A DNA stretch of 64,000 nt, from assembly GCF_009914755.1 (NCBI RefSeq), contig NC_060929.1. One strand, given 5' to 3'. This DNA comes from the human T2T-CHM13v2.0 reference genome, Homo sapiens. Every line of letters starts with the position of its first letter. Position 1 is the stretch's first letter. The notes beneath the pieces were generated by a model. It was not told the DNA's origin. It made no database searches and worked only from the letters and a program-made list of their open reading frames with translations. Position numbers and translations under genes: made by a program. This document shows, one piece after another, positions 1 through 22,385 of this stretch.

Positions 1-189
1 CTCTACTAAAAATACAAAAATTAGCCTGGTATGGTGGCACATGCCTGTAATCCCAGCCACTTGGGAGGCTGAGGCAGGAGAATTGCTTCAACCCAGGAAG
101 CGGAGGTTGCAGTGAGCCGAGACTGCACTCCAGCCCGGGTGACAGAGTGAGACTCCATCTCAAAAAAAAAAAAAACAAAAAACAAAAAA
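1..189 (+). mobile_element. Alu (AluS-like), cut by window edge
   Basis: Linker CTAAAAATACAAAAATTAGCC, right arm, A-tail. Confidence 0.95.
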
Positions 190-216
190 CTTGGTAATTT
201 AAAAGTACACAGTTAG

Positions 217-538
217 GGCTGGGTGTGGTGGCTTGTGCCTGTAATCCCAGCACTTTGGGAGGCTGAGGTTGGCAGATCTCAAGTGATAGTTCAAGACCAG
301 TCTGAGAAATATGGCAAAACCCCATCTCTACCAAAAAAATAAAAATAATAATAAAATAAAAATCAGCCTGGCATGGTGGCATACACCTGTAGTCCCAGCT
401 CCTTGGGAGCCTGAGGTGGGAGGATCGCTTGAGCACAGGAGATTGAGGCTGCAGTGAGCTGAGATTGCACCCACTCAGCCTGGGTGACAGTGCGAGACCC
501 TGTCTCAAAAAAAAAAAAAAAAAAAAAACAGAAACAAA
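217..538 (+). mobile_element. Alu (AluJ-like)
   Basis: Dimeric Alu; GAGGATCGCTTGAG and GAGGCTGCAGTGAGC J-type motifs; A-tail. Confidence 0.9.
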
Positions 539-657
539 CTATAATACAGCAAAAGAACATAGTTGTTCATTTGAATGTTGAATGAATGAACAGATAGAGA
601 TATTTTGATAATACTACTTGCACATTTGTCAGATTTTAATAATCTAAAAATGAATAA

Positions 658-1327
<670 letters not shown>

Positions 1328-1994
1328 AGTAAGAACTTACTTTTCTTATGTTCTTTATTTTTCTGTAAAGTATTACCTTCTCCCCTTCCCAATGAACAGT
1401 TTGTCAACAGTCATTTTACTTTTAGGCCCTGGTGTGCCAGGTACTGACTGAAATACAGACTGATCGCTCTGCCATAGAGTGACGCAACTTACTGCGTGTC
1501 TTAACTCCTTATAAAGGCAACTGGGACAAATTCGATATGTATTGGCTGCTTTAAGATAAGCTAGTTGGCATTTCAGGACCCCCTGTATTTACTGGAAGTA
1601 ATGTCACACTGAGCCACTCTTCTGGTGAAAATGTACAGCTGGTAGAAGAAATTGTGTGTTAATGATATTGTCAATGCAGGAGGGCCACTACATACAAGGA
1701 TGCAGAGTCAAGTATACACTGTTTGAAAAGTACGCACAATATTGAGAAAGACCAGAAAACATTATCTTTAAGCGGATAGGCTGAATTAAATTGGGAATTC
1801 CTGGCTTCACAGAGTATATCCAATCTGATATACTCTGTGATCCAAATCTGGATCACACAAAAATATAATAATTTTATTTGACATAATATAGAAAATTAAT
1901 ACAAGATAAAGAGGACAAATTACTCATCAGTTTGGGAACTGTGACTTACTTTGCCTTGAAGGAAAGGTATGTTGTCCCTTTTCTGGGATCAAAT

Positions 1995-2290
1995 AAAACC
2001 ATTCAATTATTGAATAAATACTGCGCACTAGCTATTTGCCAGACACTCAGATACTAGGGATTTAGTTTCGAATGAAAGAGACAAAAGTTCTTGTGTTTAT
2101 GGAGCCCTACATTCTAGTTGATGTAGACAAGCAACAAATGAGTGAAATATATAGAATGCCAGATAACTTAAAAAAGTACTATGAGGAAAAATAAAGCATG
2201 GGAGGGAGATGGTGACTACTAGGGTAGGGAACAGGAGATTGCAGTTATAAATAGGATGGCAAAGAAAGAGTTCAGTGAAAGGATAATAAA
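1995..2290 (-). mobile_element. L2 3' fragment
   Basis: Degenerate match to the L2 3' end (ATGGAGC..ACATTCTAGT); boundaries approximate. Confidence 0.65.
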
Positions 2291-2302
2291 AAGCCAGTAC
2301 AT

Positions 2303-2935
<633 letters not shown>

Positions 2936-3202
2936 TCATCGTGATAAAGATAAGTATTGGCAGTGACCTTAATGTCTATCTGTAGAGGATTGGTTAAATA
3001 TATTATGGTGCATCCATATAATGGAATATTGTACTGCAAATGAAAAACAAGTTCTACATATACAGAATGGTCTCCAAGACACATGTGAAGTGGTTAACAA
3101 AAGGTTCAGAATGTGTAGAGTATGCTACCATTTAAATGCGTCACATACATAAGTATATATAGTATTTTTATAAATGCATGGAATCTTACTGGAAAAACAT
3201 AG

Positions 3203-3578
<376 letters not shown>

Positions 3579-3916
3579 AACACATTTCTTTTTATCCAGT
3601 TTTACTATGGGTATGTACTATCTGGTCAAAATATGTACAATATAAAATACGAACACGACTGTCCTGTAACACATGGGAAAACAGACACACTTTTATTAAA
3701 CTTGGTGGCCTAGATAACTGTCTAGCCTAGATACTGAATAAGTGGGATATTTAATAGAAACGTGGATTCCGTTTTGATGAGCTGGAGACCATGTAGACAG
3801 TGACCACACTGAAGCAAGGCCAAAATCCTGTTTTGATTGGGTAATGGATTATAGTGAACATGATTATAACACTTAGATTTGTGTGACTTTTTTTGCTCTC
3901 CTCATCAAATGGAGGC

Positions 3917-4364
3917 TGTATTCATTTCCTGGGTTTGCCACAACAAGGTATCACAAACTAGGTGGCTTAAGACAACAGAAATGTGTTGTCTCACAGTTCT
4001 GAAGGTTAGAAGTCCAAAATCAGGGTGTCAACAGCGCTGTGTTCCCCATGAAACCTGGAGGGGAAACCTTTCTTGCTTTACCTTAGCTTCAGATGGTTTG
4101 CTGGCAGTCGTTGGCTTGCAGCTGCTTTACTCCAGTCTCTTGCCTTTGTCATCACATGGCCTTCTCCTTCTGTGTCTCTGTTTTCATACTGTTGGCTTCT
4201 TAAAAGGACAACAATCATATTGGATTAGGGGCCCACTCTACTCCAGTATGATCTCATTTTAACTAGTAACATCTGCAACGTAAGGTCACATTCAGAGGTA
4301 CTGGGGGGGTTAGGATTTCAACATATCTTTTTGGGAGAGGAGTGGGCAAATTCAACCCATAACA
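3917..4364 (-). mobile_element. MaLR solo LTR (MLT1B/C-like)
   Basis: TG...CA ends with intact 5-bp TSD GAGGC (3912-3916, 4365-4369); GGTGGCTTAAGACAACAGAAAT motif. Confidence 0.9.
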
Positions 4365-5029
4365 GAGGCTTTACAGTTTGATTATGTTGCTTCTCTATAG
4401 TAGTCTTTCATATATGAAAATGTGTTTTGTAAAGTTGTATGGAAACATAATGTTTTGCAAGTTCTTTTTCTTTCTTTCTTTCTTTTTTTTATTGAAGATT
4501 ATTATAAAAGATTTCCTTGTGGGGAGAAAAGACCACTCCACCTCTCTTAATAACTCCAACCTAAGATTGCAGCATATTTATTAAAACTAAAATTTTGATG
4601 AAAGTAGAATGTTTTCTCTAAGTTGTAAAATAAAAGTATGGAGATATAAATAGTAGTGAGTTAAAGATGACAGTAACTAATTTAGACATTTTTTGTGCTT
4701 TTTATAAAAGTCATAGGAAAAGGATGACTTCAGATTAAATACTTTATATTCTTTTTTTTTTTTTTGCATTTTTGTTCTTTCTCGTGCAAAAATGGCTTCT
4801 TTCCAGATCACTTTGACCTGAAGATACAATAAAATATGACAGCAGAGAGAATGAGGCTGTTATTTAGTTCCATTCTTCTCCATTGTTTTTCTTGTACCCA
4901 TAACTGTTATAATTACATAAGGCGTTAAGAAACCTTTAACTCTTTCTCATCTTTCCCTCTTTCTCATGTATACATGAGAAAACAAATATTTGTTAGTGTA
5001 CAAAGTCTTTTTAAAAGTTACTGCATCCT

Positions 5030-5377
<348 letters not shown>

Positions 5378-5691
5378 CTAAAAAAGCCTTTTTGATGTCA
5401 TTTTACCCTTTGAGAAATAATCGATCGACAAATCAGCATCTTGGTTTCTTTTGGCTTTTCACACAGGGTCAAATAAAAACTAGGAGACTCTCCCTATTTC
5501 CAATCTTAATGACAGTTTTTCATTTTTTTCTTTAAAAAGTTAATACACGAAAACGTAATGTATTTAGCTATTTTTATGAGTAGTTTCACTGAGTTATTTG
5601 TAAAATAGGCAGTTAAATCTAATTTTTTAGGAAGTTATGCTTCCTGTTAGAGTGGGTTAGAGTAATGTGCTTTCATTCAGCTGCTGTCTAG

Positions 5692-6012
<321 letters not shown>

Positions 6013-6559
6013 ATCTTTAAAATATTTTATGAATTTAGGTACCATAGAATCTTAGAATTGATTTGAACTGTGGATATTATTTAGTATGACGTCACAAATA
6101 TAGGAATTCTTTTAGGGTCCCTGATACTTAACCTCTAGTGACTGTGAATTCACCACTTTCTAGGCATCCCAGTATCTTTTTGGGGGCAGTTAGACTTGTA
6201 GATAGTTCTTTCTTTTTTTAAACCAAAAATTGCCTTCCTGAAACTTCTGCATAGTGGCTTTGTTACCACCATCTTTGGTACCCCATAACAAGTTGGCTTC
6301 CTCTTTCCCATGCTATGCTAAGACCTACAAATCTTTGAAGGCTGTCATATCTTCCCCTTGTGCTTTTTGCTAAGCTAAATCTGACACCCAGAATTGAATG
6401 CCATTTTGCCACATTTCTGAATCTGAAATTCTGGGACTAAGTTTCTCCCATTATTTGGAGGTGCAGCCAGGATTAATAACCTCTGTAATATAAATGCCCT
6501 GAAAGGAAGGTACAAGGTATATTGGAAGAGGGCCTGAATAGACTTGGGGGATTGGGGAA

Positions 6560-7440
6560 TGATTCCTGAAGGAAATGATAGCCATATCAAGTTCTGAAGA
6601 GTATGCCAGACAGAAAGAAGTGAACAGTAAGTGTGATGTCCTGTAGGCAACAGAAAGAAATTGAGAATGGTTGGATGGCACAGTCATGGGGTATCAAATG
6701 GAAGAGGTAGTAAATGAGGTTGAAGAGAAATGTGGGGACCAAATGGTAAAGGCCCTGAGAAGTCATACGAGGAGACTTTCCTGAGGATAATAGTCATTAA
6801 AGGGGGTTTTACGTCAGGAATAACATGATCAGACATTCATTTTAGAAGTATCATTCTAGCCAAAATGGGGAACAAATTGGAGGGACTAAGAGTGGTTACC
6901 AGGGGTCAGTTAGCAGCTATTATGGTATTCGTTGAGAGATGATGGTGGTGCCTAGAACTCTACTGGTGACTTAGTGTTGGGGAGAAACAGATTGGACAAA
7001 TAGAACATGGCCGTTTGGCTGTGGGGGATGAGATGGAAAGGCAAAAGTTAAGGATAACATGCTTGTTTCTGGCTTCGTAAACTGGGTAGATGAGAGGGAA
7101 TTTAATGAAAATAAATTGAATAGGATTGGGGTGGGTAATGGTAAGAAAGAAGCAGAGTTGAGTTAAGAAGCAGGGTTCAGTAAAGTTTGAAGCAGAGGTA
7201 GCACATCCTGTGGAGCTGCACTACATGCAGCTGGGTGTGAGGCTAAATTAAAAGACAACTAGGCTGGAGAGCTTTGGGCTGGAGACAGCTGTGGGCTGGA
7301 AATGTAGATTTGGCGATCAGCATTGATGCTAATCGAACTCAGGGGAGTGATTGAAATAACCTAGGGGAGCATTTGTAGAGTGAAAGATGAGGGCATAGGA
7401 CAAAACCCTTAAGAACTATTAATGTAATGTTAGTTTTTGA
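6560..7440 (-). mobile_element. L2 fragment
   Basis: Purine-rich degenerate L2 motifs (ACATGATCAGA, GGGCTGGAAATGTAGATTTGG); boundaries approximate. Confidence 0.7.
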
Positions 7441-8018
7441 GCCTTTGGTATTTTGACTGGATTGTCTGAGAACCAGCAAAAAGGAGGGAATCAGGGCTGT
7501 TCTGATATAGGTATTTAGTAGAAACCCACCTAAATTATTTGATTCGAAGAGTAAAGTTCTCAAATGGTCTATCCTACCCAGCCTGTCACAGTATCTGACA
7601 TTTATGCTGTTAGTTTCTCTACTTTGGCTTAAGGTGTTGTCTCTCTTGGAGTTTCCTGTTAAAGTGTTGTTATCCTTAGAGAACTAGAATATTAATCCCA
7701 TTGTTGGTGATCGTGGTAGTGTTTTTAGGGTCACTAGCTTTTATTCTGGAATTCAGTGAAAGGATGGATGGGAATTTGAGAAAAATAAGATTTGAAAAAC
7801 ATGCCATTACTGAGGAGTTTAGGACCACAGAACCTGGACTTGCAGCATTGAGGTTGCCAAGCACCTGGATAAGGGGAGTGAGAACAAGTGAGAGCAAGAG
7901 AGAGGTTGGAAAAGGGGGACAGTGAGTTGGATAAGAAAGAGAAAATGTCACTAAAAAGGGAATAAGAGAACAAAGAACTAAATAAAGGAAAAATCTTGAC
8001 AGTATTTTAGTTATAAAT

Positions 8019-8455
<437 letters not shown>

Positions 8456-8469
8456 GTTATAATGTGCAT

Positions 8470-8680
8470 ATTGCATAATAAAATAGTTTCCGTTTTTTAG
8501 CTATGATATGTCAAGCATTGTAATAAGTAAACACTTTATACATCTTACTACATTCTTACAATAATTCTCTGAGGTGGCATTGTCTTCGTTTTATAGTTAG
8601 TGAAACCAAATCTCAGGGAGGTAACCTCCCAACAATTCTCTGTGGCAGTCAGAATTGGAAACTATATTTATTTGACCATA
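8470..8680 (-). mobile_element. MIR
   Basis: Degenerate MIR core. Confidence 0.6.
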
Positions 8681-8765
8681 CACAAAATACACATAAACTC
8701 TTAAATACTGTATTGTACACTACCGTTGCTGTGGGTGTGTATATGTGTTTTAAAATGTCCTCTGA

Positions 8766-9060
8766 GACTGGCAAGGGTAGGGGGAAGAAGGAGAGAGGAG
8801 AGATGGGGTTAAAGGACACAAAATTACAACTAGATAGGAGGAATACGTTCTAGTGTTCTATGGCCCGGGAGGATGACTATAGTTAATAACATATAGCTTC
8901 AAATAGCTAAAAGGAGAATTATTGAATGTTCCCAACACAAAGAAATGATAAATGTTTGAAATGGTGGGTATGCCAATTACCCCGACCACTATACATTTTA
9001 TTTACTGAAACATCACTATGTACCCCATAAATATGTAGAATTATATTTCAATTAAAAAAT
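8766..9060 (+). mobile_element. L1MA 3' UTR fragment (5'-truncated insertion)
   Basis: CTAGATAGGAGGAATA.GTTCTAGTGTTCTA and CACAAAGAAATGATAAATGTTTGA; near-TSD TAAAA(T)GTCCTCTGA at ~8751 and ~9375 also encloses the next Alu. Confidence 0.85.
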
Positions 9061-9068
9061 TTTAAAAG

Positions 9069-10206
<1,138 letters not shown>

Positions 10207-11548
10207 AGCACCTCTTTTCTTAACTGCTATTCTATACTGCCTCCTTCAGCCATATTCTTTGTCTGGACATGTTTTCATTTCTCTTAGGAGTGGGTTTGTT
10301 GGGGAGCATGGTAAATGTATATATACCTTTATAAGAAAGTTGCGAAATTATTTACAAAGTGGTTGTATCATTATGACTTACCAGGAGTAGTCCGTTTTTG
10401 TTGCCTCATGACTCTTTTTTTTTTTTTTAAGACAAGCAGATTCTGAAATTCCAGCAATTAGAAATAGCTTCTTTCCCCTTTAACGTTTTTGCCTCATTTA
10501 CACCTACCCTCACCTGTACCCACTTCTGTAACTCAACTACATCTTACACTTTTATGGTCTTGGAATGTTAACAGCACCAGCAAATAATAGCAAGAATCAA
10601 ACAAAAATGTGTTGAGTCTTAGTGTCGCCACTGGCTACATTATTGCCCAGATGACTTTTCACTTAAACTGTTTAAGTGAATGATTATATGCATTTCTTTA
10701 CAGTGTATTCACAGAGGAAATAAATGACAGTGATTTATTGCAGTGCTAATAGACATTGTACTAATTAAGTGATTTTAAGTCAAGTTTCTTTACCTTTCTG
10801 GGCCTGTAAAGTGAGGAAATTGAACTAGATTTCTTACAGGTCTATATTTGTCCCTGACAGATCTGTATTTCTTTGAGAAGAAGAAAGGAATTGGTATTTG
10901 ACATTAAATGATCATGCATAAAAATGGGACATATATTTAAGTACTTATTTTTCATTCAATGTCAGAGTGATTTAATAGGGTCAAGGCCTGATAATTTAAG
11001 CTACTGTTTCTTGAGGAAAAGTGGAAAGTACTCAAAATGTTACTGGAAGACCTATGCCTTTGGCTTCTTGTAGTTTATCAGCTGAAATTTAAGACTTTTG
11101 AATTGTAGTGGATTGGGCACTTAAAAATCGATTTTATTTTTAACTTATAAGAAGATCTGAGGTTTGGAAGGAATCTTAAATAAAGTTTGTCTAAATCATC
11201 TATCAGTAGGACTTTTGAATCATGATCCTAACATCCTGACCTCTGATAACAGATACCCTAAGGCAGGACATTCCACTTTTAGGCAGCAGTGACAACAGAA
11301 AGATGTACTAATAGGTAGAACATACAGCCTGTACTCATTCATTGGAGTTGTGCCATTTGGGATGATGCAAAACTAGCATAATTTTTCTTTGTGACTGCCC
11401 TAAAAGTATTTAGACACAGCATGGATAACTTAATTTCTTTAAAAATGCATTCTTGTCTTCATAGCAATATGATGGAACTGAGACTGATTATCTTGGAGAC
11501 TAGAAATCTCTGCATAGAGATGGAGTGTACACTTTGGCTTCTGTCTAA

Positions 11549-11893
<345 letters not shown>

Positions 11894-12469
11894 TAAATTT
11901 AGCTAAGGAAATAATTCATTTTTCTCCGTCTCTTCAGTATAAATGACAGGTAGATAGGGATAGAGGTGGCATTTAATATGATACAAAAAGCACCAAGGCA
12001 TACCAGTGCTTAGCAGTTAGATTGGATCTGTTTTCATGACTTTTTCATGAATTCTAAGCAGAATATGAAGTCCATTTTAGTAACGGTATCCACATGACAC
12101 TCATTGAATGATTATAGTAAAATGTCTTTTTGGTCAACAATGAAATGACAGTATTTTAAATCTAATTTCTACCAAATTTAATGGAGGACTGAGGTACTCT
12201 GGACTATAATTGAATTAACAATGTTGAAATCCACCACATTTCCTTTTTCCCATGCCAAATTATATTATACTAGGTTAGTTAGAGTACTGTTTTTGGCATA
12301 TGCTTTCTTTGTGATTAGTAATCGTGTTTCTGATCCTTAGCATTGAGATATACTTTTGGAAGAGCTATTTTCTGAAGAGAAAGATTGTGGCCATAATTTT
12401 CAAATTTAATGCATTAAAAGGATCTTGCTTTTCATTTTAACCAGGCTTGCTACCAGTTATTAATATTTA

Positions 12470-12863
12470 AACATAAAATTAAATGCATATATTTCAAGTG
12501 TTCAGCTTGATAAATTTTGGCATGTGTATATTCCTGTGAAATCATAACCACACTGAAGATACTGGAAATATACCCCAAAAGTTTCTTCTCAGCCCTTTGT
12601 AGGCCCTCCTTTTGCCCACCCACCCACATTCCTAGGAGATTAGCTGATCTGCTTTTCCACCACTAGAGATTAGTTTCTATTTTCTAGAATTTTGTATAAA
12701 TTATACAGTATACTCTTTGTGTGGCTTCTTTGACTCAGCATAATTATTTTGAGATTAATCCATGTTGATGGGTGTATAAAATCATTCTTTTTTATTGAGA
12801 GTAGTGTATACCACAGGTTTATCCATTCTCCAGTTGATGAATTGTTTCCAGTTTTTGTCTCTA
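12470..12863 (-). mobile_element. Old L1M (MC/ME-like) 3' fragment
   Basis: TGGCTTCTTTGACTCAGCATAATTATTTTGAGATT motif. Confidence 0.7.
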
Positions 12864-13137
12864 TGTTAAAAGAAAAACTTTAGACAATGTAAATGTGGCA
12901 GAATTTATTTGAGCAAAGAATGGTACATGAATTGGGCAGCACTCAGAACCAGAAAAGGTTCAGAGAGCTCTGCTGTGCAACCTGGGCAGTAAGTATAGAC
13001 AGAAAAGAGAAGCAAGTACGTATATAGATTGATTAGTTAACAGTTCCTCCTTTGCCTTATTTGAACATGGTCTGATCAGTTGGCAGCTTGTGATTGGCTG
13101 AAGCTTGGCTGCTTGTGATTTGCTGAGATTCATCTGT
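12864..13137 (-). mobile_element. ERV1 MER4-group LTR fragment (MER51/MER57-like)
   Basis: Starts TGTTAAAAGAAAAACTTTAGACAA, has GGTTCAGAGAG and repeated GTGATTGGCTG (CCAAT) units. Confidence 0.7.
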
Positions 13138-13139
13138 TT

Positions 13140-14640
13140 ATTGTCTTCTTTTGAGAAATGTCTGTTGGGTCCTTTGCCCGTTTTTTGATTAAGTTGTTTT
13201 CTTGCTATTCAGTTTGAGTTCCTTATATATTTTGGATATTAGCCCTTTATCAGATAAATGGTTTTTAAATATTTTCTCTCAATCTGTGGATTGTCTCTTC
13301 AATCCATTAATTGTTTCCTTTGCTGTGCAGAAGCTTTTTAGTTGATGCAGTCCTGTTTTATTTTTGCCTTTGTTGCCTGTATATTTGGGGTTATATCTAA
13401 AAAAACTAAAAATTGCTCAGACCAATGTCATGTAACTATTTTCCTATGTTTTCTTCTAGTAGTTTGACAGTTTCAGGTCTTACATTTAAGTTTTTAATCC
13501 ATTCTGAGTTGATTTTTGTGTATGGTGTGAGATAATGGTCCACTTTTATTCTTTTCCTTGTGGATATCCAGTTTTCCTAGCACCATTTACAGTAGTTTCA
13601 CCTTATCTGTGGTTTTGCATTCTGCAGTTTGAGTTAATCTTGGTCAACCATGATCTGAAAATAGTGTATGGAAAATTCCAGAAAATAAACAATTCTTACG
13701 TTTTAAATTATGTGTCATCCTGAGTAGTGTGATGAAATCTTGTGCCGTCCTGCCTTGTCCTGCCTGGGAAATCATCCTTTGTCCAGCATATCCATGCTGT
13801 ATATGCTACCTGCTCATTAGTCACTTAATAGCTGTCTAGTTTATCAGATTGAATAAACATAGTATATCTAGGGTTCCTATCTGCAGGGGGTCTTGGAACG
13901 TATCCCTCACAGATAAGGGGAGACTGCTGTATTGAAGAGACTGTCCTTTCTCTGTTTTGTGTTCTTGGTAACTTTGTTGAAAGCCAGTTGACCATAATTT
14001 GTAGGTTTATTTCTGGGCTTTCTATCCTGTTCTGTTGGTCAGTATTTCCGTTTTTATGCCAGTATGTTCTGTATTGATTACTATAGTTTGTAGTAGATTT
14101 TGAAGCTAGGTAGTGTGATGCCTCCAGCTTTGTTTTGCTCAAGATTGCTTTGTCTGTTTGACGTCTTTTGTGGTTTTATATGAATTTTAGGATTATTTTT
14201 TCTATTTCTGTGAAAAACAGCATTGGAATTTTGATAGAGATTGCATTGAATCTGTAAATTGCTTTGGGTATTGTAGGCATTTTAACAACATTAAAGATTC
14301 CAATCCCTGAACATGGGATACCATTATATTTATTTGTATTGTCTACAGTTTCTTTCATCAGTGTTTTATAGTTTTCAGCCTACAGATCTTTCACCTCCTT
14401 GGTTAAATTTAATCCTAAATATATATACTTTTTGGAGGCTATTGTGAATAGAATTGATTTCTTAATTTTTTTTCCAGATTATTAGTTGTTAGTGTAAAGA
14501 AATGCTACTGATTTTTGTCTGTTGATTTTGTACCCTGCAACTTTACTTCGTTTATCAGTTCTAACAGTTTTTTGGTGGAGGCTTTAGGGTTTTCTACACA
14601 TAAGATCATGTCATCAGCAAACAGATACAATTTCTCTTCT
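13140..14640 (-). mobile_element. L1MA/PB ORF2 fragment, interrupted by MER44 and by AluY + L1-A; resumes at 20873-20910
   Basis: Degenerate ORF2 peptides ([23 protein letters not shown]); sequence is continuous across the insertions. Confidence 0.85.
13590..13929 (+). mobile_element. MER44A-like (Tigger7-derived) DNA transposon
   Basis: TIRs CAGTAGT..CCTTATC / GATAAGGGGAGACTGCTG with TA duplication at 13588-13589 and 13930-13931. Confidence 0.88.
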
Positions 14641-14872
14641 TCCTTTTTTTTTAATTTTTTTATTATTATTATACTTTAAGTTTTAGGGTACATGTGCACA
14701 TTGTGCAGGTTAGTTACATATGTATACATGTGCCATGCTGGTATGCTGCACCCACTAACTCGTCATCTAGCATTAGGTATATCTTCCAGTGCTATCCCTC
14801 CCCCCTCCCCCCACCCGACAACAGTCCCCAGAGTGTGATGTTCCCCTTCCTGTGTCCATGTGATCTCATTGT

Positions 14873-18571
<3,699 letters not shown>

Positions 18572-18634
18572 TATGATGTTAGCTGGTTATTTTGCTCGTT
18601 AGTTGATGCAGTTTCTTCCTAGTCTCGATGGTCT

Positions 18635-19653
18635 TTACATTTTGGCATGATTTTGCAGCGGCTGGTACCAGTTTTTCCTTTCCATGTTTAGTGCTTCCTT
18701 CAGGAGCTCTTTTAGGGCAGGCCTGGTGGTGACAAAAATCTCTCAGCATTTGCTTGTCTGTAAAGGATTTTATTTCTCCTTCACTTATGAAGCTTAGTTT
18801 GGCTGGATATGCAATTCTGGGTTGAAAATTCTTTTCTTTAAGAATGTTGAATATTGGCCCCCACTCTCTTCTGGCTTGTAGGGTTTCTGCCGAGAGATCC
18901 GCTGTTAGTCTGATGGGCTTCCCTTTGTGGGTAACCCGACTTTTCTCTCTGGCTGCCCTTAATATTTTTTCCTTGATTTCAACTTTGGTGAATCTGACAA
19001 TTATGTGTCTTGGAGTTGCTCTTCTCGAGGAGTATCTTTGTGGCGTTCTCTGTATTTCCTGAATCTGAACGTTGGCCTGCCTTGCTAGATTGGGGAAGTT
19101 CTCCTGGATAATATCCTGCAGAGTGTTTTCCAACTTGGTTCCATTCTCCCCATCACTTTCAGGTATACCAATCAGACGTAGATTTGGTCTTTTCACATAG
19201 TCCCATATTTCTTGAAGACTTTGCTCGTTTCTTTTTATTCTTTTTTCTCTGAACTTCCCTTCTCACTTCATTTCATTCATCTCATCTTCCATCGCTGATA
19301 CCCTTTCTTCCAGTTGATCACATCGGCTCCTGAGGCTTCTGCATTCTTCCCGTAGTTCTTGAGCTTTGGTTTTCAGCTCCATCAGCTCCTTTAAGCACTT
19401 CTCTGTATTGGTTATTCTAGTTATACATTCTTCTAAATTTTTTTTCAAAGTTTTCAACTTCTTTGCCTTTGGTTTGAATGTCCTCCAGTAGCTCAGAGTA
19501 ATTTGATCGTCTGAAGCCTTCTTCACTCAGCTCGTCAAAGTCATTCCCTGTCCAGCTTTGTTCTGTTGCTGGTGAGGAACTGCATTCCTTTGGAGGAGGA
19601 GAGGCGCTCTGCTTTTTAGAGTTTCCAGTTTTTCCGTTCTGTTTTTTCCCCAT
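18635..19653 (-). pseudogene. L1-A ORF1, frameshifted
   Basis: MGKKQN... and KRPNLRLIG...FTDKQMLRDF fragments in different frames. Confidence 0.95.
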
Positions 19654-20104
19654 CTTTGTGGTTTTATCTACTTTTGGTCTTTGATGATGGTGATGTACAG
19701 ATGGGTTTTTGGTGTGGATGTCCTTTTTGTTTGTTAGTTTTCCTTCTAACAGACAGGACCCTCAGCTGCCGGTCTGTTGGAGTACCTTGCTGTGTGAGGT
19801 GTCAGTGTGCCCCTGCTGGGGGGTGCCTCCCAGTTAGGCTTCTCGGGGGTTAGGGGTCAGGGACCCACTTGAGGAGGCAGTCTGCCCGTTCTCAGGTCTC
19901 CAGCTGCGTGCTGGGAGTGCCAGTGCTCTCTTCAAAGCTGTCAGACAGGGACATTTAAGTCTGCAGAGGTTACTGCTTTTTGTTTGTCTGTGCCCTGCCC
20001 CAAGAGGTGGAGCCTACAGAGGCAGGCAGGCCTCCTTGAGCTGTGGTGGGCTCCACCCAGTTTGAGCTTCCAGGCTGCTTTGTTTACCTAAGCAAGCCTG
20101 GGCA

Positions 20105-20413
20105 ATGGTGGGTGCCCCTCCCCCAGCCTGGCTGCTGCCTTGCAGTTTGATCTCAGTCTGCTGTGCTAGCAATCAGCGATACTCCGTGGGCGTAGGACCC
20201 TCCGAGCCAGGCGCGGGATATAATCTCGTGGTGCGCTGTTTTTTAAGCCCCTCGGAAAAGCACAGTATTTGGGTGGGAGTGACCCGATTTTCCAGGTGCC
20301 GTCCGTCACCCCTTTCTTTGACTAGGAAAGGGAACTCCCTGACCCCTTGTGCTTCCCGAGTGAGGCAATGCCTCGCCCTGCTTTGGCTTGCAAACGGTGT
20401 GCGCACCCACTGA
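20105..20413 (+). CDS. LINE-1 ORF0-like antisense ORF (102 aa), open
   Basis: MVGAPPPAWLLPCSLISVCCASNQR...GVTRFSRC matches primate ORF0; true ATG at 20105; expression unknown. Confidence 0.55.
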   Translation: MVGAPPPAWLLPCSLISVCCASNQRYSVGVGPSEPGAGYNLVVRCFLSPSEKHSIWVGVTRFSRCRPSPLSLTRKGNSLTPCASRVRQCLALLWLANGVRTH

Positions 20414-20557
20414 CCTGCGCCCACGATCTGGCTCTCCCTAGTGAGATGAACCCAGTACCTCAGATGGAAATGCAGAAATCACCCGTCTTCTGTGTCGCTC
20501 ACGCTGGGATCTGTAGACGGGAGCTGTTCCTATTCGGCCATCTTGGCTCCTCCTCCC

Positions 20558-20870
20558 TTTTCTTTTTCTTTTCTTTTCTTTTTTTTTTTTAGACGGAGTC
20601 TTGCTCTGTCACCCAGGCTGTAGTGCAGTGGCGTGATCTTGGCTCACTGAAAGCTCTGCCTCCCGGGTTCACACCATTCTGCTGCCTCAGCCTCCCTTGT
20701 AGCTGGGACTACAGGTGCCTGCCACGACGCCCGGCTGATTTTTTGTATTTTTAGTGGAGGCGGGGTTTTGCCATGTTAGCCAGGATGGTCTCCATCTCCT
20801 GACCTCGTGATCTGCCTGCCTCGGCCTCCCAAAGTGCTGGGATTACAGGCATGAGCCACCGCGCCTGGCC
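20558..20870 (-). mobile_element. AluY abutting the 5' end of L1-A
   Basis: AluY diagnostics; TSD TCTCTTCTTCCTTTT at 20873-20887 pairs with 14633-14647. Confidence 0.92.
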
Positions 20871-20909
20871 CCTCTCTTCTTCCTTTTCTATTTGGATGCC
20901 TTTTATTTC

Positions 20910-22250
<1,341 letters not shown>

Positions 22251-22385
22251 TGGTTTTCCTAATTTCGTTATCAGAGTTAGCATAGCCTCTTAGTTCACTG
22301 TCAGTTTAGAGTTGAAGAAATGTGTAAGTTTATAAAATTAATATCAATGTCTTGCCAGGAATGAGATTAAGCAACCCCAATGGTT

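Noticed and set aside
4750-4840. Pyrimidine tract + CAG (4804-4806) followed by AATAAA, as a terminal exon
   Set aside because: No ORF or supporting context; common in T-rich intron-like DNA.
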